A stretch of DNA of 64,000 nt. Source: an uncultured Spirochaetaceae bacterium (GTDB taxonomy: Bacteria > Spirochaetota > Spirochaetia > SZUA-6 > DRHE01). This document shows, one piece after another, positions 9,185 through 15,971 of this stretch. Every line of letters begins with the position of its first letter. Position 1 is the first letter of the stretch. The notes beneath the pieces were generated by a model, which saw only the letters and a list, made by a program, of their open reading frames with translations, did not search any database and had not been told where the DNA came from. The translations under genes and the position numbers were made by a program. Where the stretch lies: positions 20,695 through 84,694 of the forward strand of contig CAZPPB010000001.1 of assembly GCA_964588355.1 (NCBI GenBank), given 5' to 3'.

Positions 9185-10713
9185 TGCCTGGGAAACACGT
9201 ACTCGTTGAAGGTCTCGTCGAACCTGTCCTCGATGAAATCCGGATCCAGGAGCACGCTCTGCAGATCCTGCTCCATGGACTGCTGTGCGTAGTAGGTGTA
9301 GTAATCACCCATTAGATCCTGCTCCCGCTGGGGAGCTTCCCGTATATCGTCCAGTCGCAGCACGACCACCTGATCGTCAAGGAGCACAGGAGCTGATACC
9401 TCCCCAAGGGTCAGAGAGAAGGCCTGGAGAAAGAACTCCTCACTGTAAGCTGCGGAGGCGAGATTGATCTGTTCCATAGGTGAGCGGACCGGAGACAGGA
9501 AGTAGTAGGACTGATAGTTGATGGGGAAGTAGTCGGTCAATCCGACCGTGTAGTTCTCCTCCAAGGTGGCGCCGAGAAATCCCACATCCTCGATCCGTTC
9601 GCGGAAGCTCTCCGCCAGGCTCAGCGTGTAGTCCTCTACGAGTCCTTTCTCGTATCTCATCACATAATCCCGGACGACCTGGAGGGTTTCCTCCACATCG
9701 AAATCGGGTTCCAGTGCGGGGGCATCGCAGCGAAAAATCACCCAACCGAAACGGCTCTCCAGCACCGGGGAGATTTCAGTCTCCTCCAGCTGGAATATCG
9801 TCTCCACCGGTTCGCTGTCCTCAAAATCCGCTTCCAGGTCGTAGTAGTAGCGCCAACCCATGTCGCCCCCCTTCTCGGCATACACATCCGCGGAGTGGGC
9901 ACGAGCCAATTCCTCGAAGCTTCCTGTCCGATCGACCAGCTTGCTGCGGATCTCCCTTGCTTCACGTTCACCGGTTTTGATCAGGATGCGGCTCAGCTTG
10001 ATCCGGCGAAAGCGTTCCCGGTTTTCCCGCGCATAGCTGTCGATCTGCTCCTCCGGATAGTTGACGAAGGGAAAGCTGACCAGAGAGAAGCGTCGCTGTT
10101 CATCGACCATATGGGCCAGGAACTGCCTCTCCTGCGGGCTTTCCCGCAGACCCTGAAAGGTGTCCTTGATGTACTGCTCATGGATCAGCTGCTCCCGGTA
10201 CAGCTTTTTGTAGCTCAGCCTCTGGACGGCGGAGGTGGCATTGTAGCGCTCTACGCTGAACTGCCCGCCTATCGTGTAGGGCCCCTGCTGGATCAACGCT
10301 TCGTTCACCCTGTCCTCGGAGATCCACAGATCGCTCGCTTCGGCTTCGGTGAGGATGGCGGTATGCAGCACCGTCTGGTCGAAGGCGGTGCGCCAGACTT
10401 GATAGGCCTGGACGGCCAGGTCTGCCTGATCGTCGTTCTGACGCAGCTGGTCGGCGATGACGTCTTTACGTTGGGAGAAATAGTTGTCGGGGAAATACTC
10501 GATGGGAGTGTGCTTATAGTAACCGAAAATGATTCGTCCGCCTCCGCCGGCTCGTGATATCGCCGGACCCCCGATAAAGGTTACCACGATCACGACCAGC
10601 AGCACGACGCTGAAGGCGTACAGAAACGGATGGGCCTGCCGCTTTTTTTCCGTGATGTTCCCGTCCTTCTGCTGGTGTCTGCGGGTCGCTCTTCGCATCT
10701 CTCTTGACGGCAT
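9181..10713 (-). CDS. Membrane-anchored periplasmic peptidyl-prolyl cis-trans isomerase, PpiD/SurA-like with parvulin domain
   Basis: N-terminal TM anchor FLYAFSVVLLVVIVVTFIGG. SurA-N-like chaperone region. PpiC/parvulin domain KLSRILIKTGEREAREIRSKL...FEELARAHSADVYAEKGGDMGW. Confidence 0.75.
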   Translation of the reverse strand: MPSREMRRATRRHQQKDGNITEKKRQAHPFLYAFSVVLLVVIVVTFIGGPAISRAGGGGRIIFGYYKHTPIEYFPDNYFSQRKDVIADQLRQNDDQADLAVQAYQVWRTAFDQTVLHTAILTEAEASDLWISEDRVNEALIQQGPYTIGGQFSVERYNATSAVQRLSYKKLYREQLIHEQYIKDTFQGLRESPQERQFLAHMVDEQRRFSLVSFPFVNYPEEQIDSYARENRERFRRIKLSRILIKTGEREAREIRSKLVDRTGSFEELARAHSADVYAEKGGDMGWRYYYDLEADFEDSEPVETIFQLEETEISPVLESRFGWVIFRCDAPALEPDFDVEETLQVVRDYVMRYEKGLVEDYTLSLAESFRERIEDVGFLGATLEENYTVGLTDYFPINYQSYYFLSPVRSPMEQINLASAAYSEEFFLQAFSLTLGEVSAPVLLDDQVVVLRLDDIREAPQREQDLMGDYYTYYAQQSMEQDLQSVLLDPDFIEDRFDETFNEYVFPRQ

Positions 10714-10874
10714 GGTGTTTCCTTACTGTATGAGGTTGTTGCGCAGGCTAGAAAATATCACCGAACTCCGGCGAATGTCAACGCGGATCTTTGCACCCTC
10801 GGGCTGCGGGCCGGCGTTGGTTCATACCGGGCTGCAGGGACTACGAGCGGCGGGGTATTTTTTAGCTCCGGGTA

Positions 10875-10905
10875 TTGACACAGAGGCATCGGATAGTAGT
10901 ATATT
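10875..10905 (+). promoter_or_regulatory. Sigma70-like promoter for the tRNA-Asp/tRNA-Pro locus
   Basis: TTGACA (10875-10880), 16-nt spacer, TAGTAT/TATATT -10 region, about 15 nt upstream of the tRNA-Asp 5' end. Confidence 0.55.
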
Positions 10906-10918
10906 AGCTTTGCTAAAT

Positions 10919-10993
10919 GGGGGCGTAGCGAAGCTTGGTTATCGCGCCGGCCTGTCAAGCCGGAGATCGCGGGTTCAAACCCCGTCGCTCCCG
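10919..10993 (+). tRNA. tRNA-Asp (anticodon GTC)
   Basis: Acceptor GGGGGCG/CGCTCCC. Anticodon stem CCGGC/GCCGG with loop CTGTCAA (GTC). T-arm GCGGG-TTCAAAC-CCCGT. Discriminator G. No encoded CCA. Confidence 0.8.
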
Positions 10994-10994
10994 T

Positions 10995-11019
10995 AAAAAC
11001 CCCGACGGGGTTTTTTTTT
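10995..11019 (+). terminator. Rho-independent terminator-like hairpin between tRNA-Asp and tRNA-Pro
   Basis: AAAAACCCCGACGGGGTTTTTTTTT: GC stem flanked by an A-run and T9-run (bidirectional-terminator form). It abuts the tRNA-Pro 5' end. Confidence 0.7.
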
Positions 11020-11092
11020 CGGGCTGTGGCGCAGTGGCTAGCGCGCTCGGTTCGGGTCCGAGAGGCCGGCGGTTCGAATCCGCCCAGCCCGA
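11020..11092 (+). tRNA. tRNA-Pro (anticodon CGG)
   Basis: Acceptor CGGGCTG/CAGCCCG with the C1:G72 pair typical of bacterial tRNA-Pro. D-arm GCGC-AGTGGCTA-GCGC. Anticodon stem CTCGG/CCGAG with loop TTCGGGT (CGG, G37). T-arm GGCGG-TTCGAAT-CCGCC. Discriminator A. Confidence 0.8.
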
Positions 11093-11153
11093 GTTTCCTC
11101 TATTCAGTTTTTCCCCTGTGGAGCCGAAGATTTCTTTGGGTCCCTCTATTACT

Positions 11154-11972
11154 ATGGCAGCGGCACAACCATCTGTACCCAGAGCTTCACGAGGTCTGTC
11201 AGCGCATCCGGCGCTGCTCGTGCTCCTGTTCCTGCTGCTTCCCTGCCTAATTTCCGCCGCGAATGAGAGCTATATCCTCAAAAAAGGAGAGACCCTGTAT
11301 CGAATTTCCCGGAAATTCGATGTTCCGGTCGGCATACTCCAGAGTTACAACCGGATCGCCGATCCCAGCTCTCTTCGTGAAGGTACAAACATCCAGATCC
11401 CGTCGCGCTACACGGTCGAGAAGGGGGATACCCTCTACAGCATTTCGAGACGTTTCGAAGTTGATCTCGACACCCTGATGAGTTTTAACGGTATCTCCGA
11501 TTCTACGGCCTTGAAGATCGGCGCGGTGCTCTATCTTCCCGCTTCGGCGAAGGTTCCCGCTGTGGCCGAGAACGGTGCTGAAGGCGGGAGCTTTGAAAGC
11601 GTTGCTGCAAGTGAAAAATCCAACCTTCTCTGGCCTCATCCGGGAACCAGGGTGCCTTTGAGCGGCCGGATCAATGGAACCCTGATCTACGGCAGCCTGG
11701 GAGACGCTGTAGTCTCGGTTTCGCACGGCCGGGTGATCTGGGCCGGTCCATACCGAGGGTTCAGCCGGGTAATACTCATAGAAGGCAAAAACGGCTATAC
11801 TTACGTGTACGCGGGAAACGAGGAAACCCTGGTCACGGTGGGGGATACGGTTGCGCCAGGAGCCGAAATCGGACGATTGGGAAATAATGTCCACCAGGGT
11901 GTCCCTCAGCTGTACTTTCTCGTGTATCGGAATGGAAAACCCGTAGACCCCGCGCTGGCTCCGCGAAGTTGA
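11154..11972 (+). CDS. LysM-domain M23 family metallopeptidase (NlpD-like) lipoprotein
   Basis: Signal/lipoprotein-like N-terminus. Two LysM repeats (YILKKGETLYRISRKF.., YTVEKGDTLYSISRRF..). C-terminal M23 domain (GYTYVYAGNE..GAEIGRLGNN..LYFLVYRNGKPVDP). The upstream part of the table ORF overlaps the tRNAs and is not coding. Confidence 0.85.
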   Translation: MAAAQPSVPRASRGLSAHPALLVLLFLLLPCLISAANESYILKKGETLYRISRKFDVPVGILQSYNRIADPSSLREGTNIQIPSRYTVEKGDTLYSISRRFEVDLDTLMSFNGISDSTALKIGAVLYLPASAKVPAVAENGAEGGSFESVAASEKSNLLWPHPGTRVPLSGRINGTLIYGSLGDAVVSVSHGRVIWAGPYRGFSRVILIEGKNGYTYVYAGNEETLVTVGDTVAPGAEIGRLGNNVHQGVPQLYFLVYRNGKPVDPALAPRS

Positions 11973-11976
11973 AAGC

Positions 11977-12975
11977 GTGGAGGATGGGAACATTCTCAAA
12001 GGTGACAAGGGACAGAATCCCGGGGGGGAGGAACCTCTCCCGCTGACAGGGAACGCCCCAGAGCTGGATCCCCTGGCTCTGTATCTCAAACAGATCTCCC
12101 GTTACGCCCTCCTGACAGCAGAACAGGAACTGGCAATCGGACGGGAGATCGAGAAGTGCCGGTTGGCGCTGAAGCGGCTGTACAAGCGACACGAGAAGGG
12201 TACCATCCGCAAAAAGGTATATCGGGAAAAGCGGCAAAACCTCGAAAGCCGCCTGGTGCAGGCCAAGTCCAGGATGATCAATGGCAATGTCCGCCTGGTT
12301 GTCGCCATCGCCAAGAAATTCCAGTACCGGGGATTGGCTCTCCTCGACCTGATCGACGAGGGGAATATCGGGTTGCTGGAAGCTGTCGAACGATTCGACT
12401 ACAAGAGGGGGTGCCGCTTTACAACCTACGGAACCTGGTGGATCAAACAGGCGATCATCAAAGCCCTGGCGGACAAAGGGCGGATGATCCGCATTCCGAT
12501 ACACATGCTCAACACGATCAAAAAATGCTATATGATCGCCAAGCACCTCACCCAGGAGCTGGGCCGAAACCCTTCGGTGGGGGAGCTGGCCCGCTACATG
12601 CATACGGACGTGAAGAAGATCGACCTGGTTCACAAGCTCAGTCAGGAGACTGCCTCTCTGGACCTGCCGGTTGATGCGGACCAGAGTACCAGGCTCGTTG
12701 ACCTGATCGGGGATCGGCGCTACGATGGGCCCTTCGAATCCGTCTTCTACCTCACACTCCAGGATACGATCCAACGGGTTCTGCATAAGCTCAGTGCCAG
12801 AGAAATGCGGATCATAACTCTGCGATTCGGCCTGGGCTGCGACGGCCCCCACTCGCTGGAAGAGACGGGCAAACTGCTGGGCATCACCCGGGAGCGGGTG
12901 CGCCAAATCCAGGAGAAGGCTATCATGAAGCTGAAAGATTCCCGGCAGATCCTGGAGCTCTGGGACAGCCGGTAG
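11977..12975 (+). CDS. RNA polymerase sigma factor, sigma-70 family group 2 (RpoS-like size, 332 aa)
   Basis: Region 1.2 LYLKQISRYALLTAEQE. Region 2 GLALLDLIDEGNIGLLEAVERFD...TYGTWWIKQAI. Region 4 HTH LEETGKLLGITRERVRQIQEKA. GTG start 4 nt after the M23 gene stop. Confidence 0.85.
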   Translation: MEDGNILKGDKGQNPGGEEPLPLTGNAPELDPLALYLKQISRYALLTAEQELAIGREIEKCRLALKRLYKRHEKGTIRKKVYREKRQNLESRLVQAKSRMINGNVRLVVAIAKKFQYRGLALLDLIDEGNIGLLEAVERFDYKRGCRFTTYGTWWIKQAIIKALADKGRMIRIPIHMLNTIKKCYMIAKHLTQELGRNPSVGELARYMHTDVKKIDLVHKLSQETASLDLPVDADQSTRLVDLIGDRRYDGPFESVFYLTLQDTIQRVLHKLSAREMRIITLRFGLGCDGPHSLEETGKLLGITRERVRQIQEKAIMKLKDSRQILELWDSR

Positions 12976-12980
12976 GTTTG

Positions 12981-14291
12981 ATGACTGTAGTTTTCCACGC
13001 ACCTCGGGGACTGACCGGCCGGGTCGTGCCTCCGCCGGATAAATCGATCACTCACCGGGCACTCATCTTCGCCGGTTCGGCCCGGGGACTCAGCCGCGTG
13101 CACAATCCGCTGGGTACGGGAGACTGCAACTCCACCCGCCGTTGCCTGGAGGCCCTGGGCGTGGACATCACCGAGACCCGGGGCAGGGGGCGGGAAACGA
13201 CGCTCGAGATAGAGGGCCGGGGTTTGCGGGGTTTCCGGGAGCCGGAAAACGTGCTGGAGGCGGGCAATTCCGGGACCACGGCCCGGTTGTTTGCCGGACT
13301 GCTGGCGGGGCAGAGGATGCTGACGGTGCTCAACGGCGACGATTCTCTGCGATCCCGGCCGATGCTCCGGGTGGTCGATCCTCTGCGCAGGATGGGAGCA
13401 ACGATCCACGGCAGAAACCAAGGCCGGAATCTGCCTCTGGCGTTTGCCCCCGCCCCCTCTGAACTGCTGCCGATCGACTATCGACTGGAGGTGCCCAGCG
13501 CCCAGGTGAAGAGTGCATTGATGATCGCCGCTCTGCGGGCACAGGGAACGGTGCGCCTGGCGGGGAGCATCGATTCGAGAGATCACACCGAAAGACTGTT
13601 CGACTATCTCGGGCTGCCGCTGCGGCGAGACGGCTCCCGCCTGGTCCTGGAGCCTGTGGAATCGCTGCCGTGCTTCGAGCTGACCGTGCCCGGGGACATC
13701 TCTTCGGCGGCTTTTTTCATCGCCGGGGCGCTGATTTGCCGAAAGGAGCTGCTGGTCGAGAATTGCGGCTTGAATCCCAGCCGGCTCGGATTCCTCCACG
13801 TGCTGAAGCGCATGGGCGCACGCCTGGAGATAGAGGAGCAGGATTCCAGCGGGGGAGAACCGGTGGGCAGCCTCCGCGTGCTGCCGGGGGCGCTTCACGG
13901 TGCGGAGGTCGGGCCCGAGTCGATCCCCTCCTGCATCGACGAAGTGCCGCTGCTGGCCGTCCTGGGAGCGTTCGCCAAGGGTGTAACCCGCATCCGGGGA
14001 GCCGGGGAGCTGCGTCACAAGGAGAGCGACCGTCTGGAGGCGGTGGCCCGTCTGCTCTCGGCGGTCGGAGGCCGCGTCGAGCTGACGGAGGACGGCTTCA
14101 TATTGGAGGGGCCCCAGAGCCTCGAAAGCGGCCGGGTCGATCCTCGAGGGGATCACCGCATAGCCATGGCTGCCGCAGTACTGAGCGCGGGTATCCGGGA
14201 GGGGGTGACGGTCCACGGTTTCGAGGCGGCGGAAGTATCATTCCCGGATTTTGTGGGCGCGTTCCGGGCGCTGGGGGGTGAGGTGTCGTGA
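12981..14291 (+). CDS. aroA: 3-phosphoshikimate 1-carboxyvinyltransferase (EPSP synthase)
   Basis: EPSPS motifs LEAGNSGTTARLFAG and GDHRIAMAAAVLS. Starts immediately after the sigma gene. Confidence 0.9.
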   Translation: MTVVFHAPRGLTGRVVPPPDKSITHRALIFAGSARGLSRVHNPLGTGDCNSTRRCLEALGVDITETRGRGRETTLEIEGRGLRGFREPENVLEAGNSGTTARLFAGLLAGQRMLTVLNGDDSLRSRPMLRVVDPLRRMGATIHGRNQGRNLPLAFAPAPSELLPIDYRLEVPSAQVKSALMIAALRAQGTVRLAGSIDSRDHTERLFDYLGLPLRRDGSRLVLEPVESLPCFELTVPGDISSAAFFIAGALICRKELLVENCGLNPSRLGFLHVLKRMGARLEIEEQDSSGGEPVGSLRVLPGALHGAEVGPESIPSCIDEVPLLAVLGAFAKGVTRIRGAGELRHKESDRLEAVARLLSAVGGRVELTEDGFILEGPQSLESGRVDPRGDHRIAMAAAVLSAGIREGVTVHGFEAAEVSFPDFVGAFRALGGEVS

Positions 14292-15334
14292 GCGCCGATC
14301 TGAGATACCGGTTCGGGGACTATACCTCGGAAGTACTGATCTGCGGCACGGTCGATCCTGCCGTTTTTTCGAGCGATTCCGGAGCGCTCGTGGTGTTCGA
14401 TAAAAATACAGCGGAGGTGCCAATATTCGAGTACATGGAGCCGCGGCTGGTTCTTGCTCCAGGAGAGGACAGCAAGAGCTGGTCGGGGGCCAGGCGCATT
14501 CTCCAGAGGGCGCTGGACGGAGGACTCGGACGGGACGGATTGATCGTAGGTGTGGGAGGCGGGGTTATCTGTGACCTGGCCGCCTTCAGCGCTTCACTGT
14601 TCATGCGGGGGTGTCGGCTGATGCTGGTGCCGACCAGTCTGCTGGCCATGGTAGATGCCGCCATCGGGGGAAAGACCGCCATCAATCTCGGGGGCTTCAA
14701 GAACATGGCCGGAACCTTCTATCCGGCGCAGCAGATATGGATCACCGTTTCGGTGCTGAGGCACCTCCCGGTTCGGGAGTTTCTCTCAGGCCTTGGGGAG
14801 GTGATCAAGACGGCCCTGCTGGGGGACCGGGAACTGCTCGACATCCTCCTGAAGAAACAGACAAAGGTGTTTGGGCGTGATCCGGAGGTAATGGAGGAGA
14901 TCGTGCGGCGCTGCGTCGCTGTGAAAGCAGGGATCGTGGAGGGGGATCCCCGGGAGGCGGGCAACCGGGCCGTCCTGAACCTGGGCCATACCTTCGGCCA
15001 TGCGCTGGAGGCGGAAACCGGGTACAAACTCTGCAGCCACGGCGAGGCCGTGGCCTGGGGCCTGATGCAGGCGGCTCGGCTTTCCCAGACCCTCGGCCTG
15101 GCGGATCCCGGCTACACCGCTACCGTTCGCGGGCTGCTGGAAAATTACGGTTTTGAAATGAGTTTCACTCGGAAGCCGGAGTCGATCGTGAAAGCCATGC
15201 AGGCAGACAAAAAGAAGAGGCGGGGGAAACTTCGGCTTGTGCTTCAGCGGGGAATCGGCGATACTGTTGTCAGAGAGGTCGATCCTCATCTGATTGTCCA
15301 GACGCTGCAACAGTCTGCAAGGGTATTCCCATGA
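14288..15334 (+). CDS. aroB: 3-dehydroquinate synthase
   Basis: GVGGGVICDLAAF...VPTSLLAMVDAAIGGKTAINL matches the DHQS nucleotide/metal-binding region. GTGA overlap with aroA. Confidence 0.85.
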   Translation: MSADLRYRFGDYTSEVLICGTVDPAVFSSDSGALVVFDKNTAEVPIFEYMEPRLVLAPGEDSKSWSGARRILQRALDGGLGRDGLIVGVGGGVICDLAAFSASLFMRGCRLMLVPTSLLAMVDAAIGGKTAINLGGFKNMAGTFYPAQQIWITVSVLRHLPVREFLSGLGEVIKTALLGDRELLDILLKKQTKVFGRDPEVMEEIVRRCVAVKAGIVEGDPREAGNRAVLNLGHTFGHALEAETGYKLCSHGEAVAWGLMQAARLSQTLGLADPGYTATVRGLLENYGFEMSFTRKPESIVKAMQADKKKRRGKLRLVLQRGIGDTVVREVDPHLIVQTLQQSARVFP

Positions 15335-15954
15335 AGATTACTAAAAACATATATCAGAAGTACGTGAAGACCTTTGAACCCGGGGAGGTGTTGTTCGAAG
15401 AGGGTGAGCATGGGGAGGTGATGTTTATCATCATCCAGGGAGAGGTGGAGATCCGCAAGCGTACTTCGGCGAAGGCCGCCAGAACACTGATCACGTTTCA
15501 CGAAGGGGATATCTTCGGGGAGATGTCGTTGATCGAGAAGAAGCCCCGTTCGGCCACGGCGATAGCGGTAAGTCCCTGTCGTACCCTGGTTGTGAACGAA
15601 GCCCTTCTGGACAGTATGATCGAGAACAACCCGGATTTCGCCAAAAAGATGATCCGCATCCTCTCCGAGCGGATCCGCAAGGCCAACCTCATGATTCAGA
15701 ACATCAGCAGCACCAACCGTCAGAATCAGATCTTCAACGGGCTCAAGACCTTCGCCGAGAAAAAGGGTATTTCCACCTTCAAAGGCCACCGGGTCAAGCT
15801 GAACGAGTTTACCGAGTGGGCCAGCAACCGTCTGGGCATCGGCGAAAAGGAGCTCAAAGGAACCATCGTGGATCTGCTCAAGCACAAGATCGTGGCCCCT
15901 TCAGCCGTGGGCTCGGAAGAAATCATAGTCAATCTGAACCGTCAGCTGTACTGA
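15331..15954 (+). CDS. Crp/Fnr-family transcriptional regulator (cNMP-binding domain plus C-terminal HTH)
   Basis: cNMP-binding beta-roll FEPGEVLFEEGEHGEVMFIIIQGEVEI...GDIFGEMSLI with RSATAIA. C-terminal HTH LNEFTEWASNRLGIGEKELKGTIVDLLKHKIV. ATGA overlap with the aroB stop. Confidence 0.75.
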   Translation: MKITKNIYQKYVKTFEPGEVLFEEGEHGEVMFIIIQGEVEIRKRTSAKAARTLITFHEGDIFGEMSLIEKKPRSATAIAVSPCRTLVVNEALLDSMIENNPDFAKKMIRILSERIRKANLMIQNISSTNRQNQIFNGLKTFAEKKGISTFKGHRVKLNEFTEWASNRLGIGEKELKGTIVDLLKHKIVAPSAVGSEEIIVNLNRQLY

Positions 15955-15971
15955 CGCGCACCCGCCTGCCT

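Noticed and set aside
10935-11153. N-terminal extensions of table ORFs that run across tRNA genes or into upstream genes (10935..11153 over tRNA-Asp/Pro; 983..1156 over tRNA-Gln; 27471..27845 into rnfC; 50613..50723; 5667..5777; 60930..61328).
   Set aside because: In each case an internal ATG with a Shine-Dalgarno sequence begins the recognisable protein (signal peptide or conserved N-terminus). The extension overlaps an RNA gene or another CDS.
11890-11930. Candidate sigma-54 -24/-12 element (GG-N10-GC) inside the end of the M23 peptidase gene, upstream of the sigma factor gene.
   Set aside because: Only the bare GG and GC dinucleotides match. The flanking bases do not resemble TGGCAC/TTGCA, so this is too weak to call.
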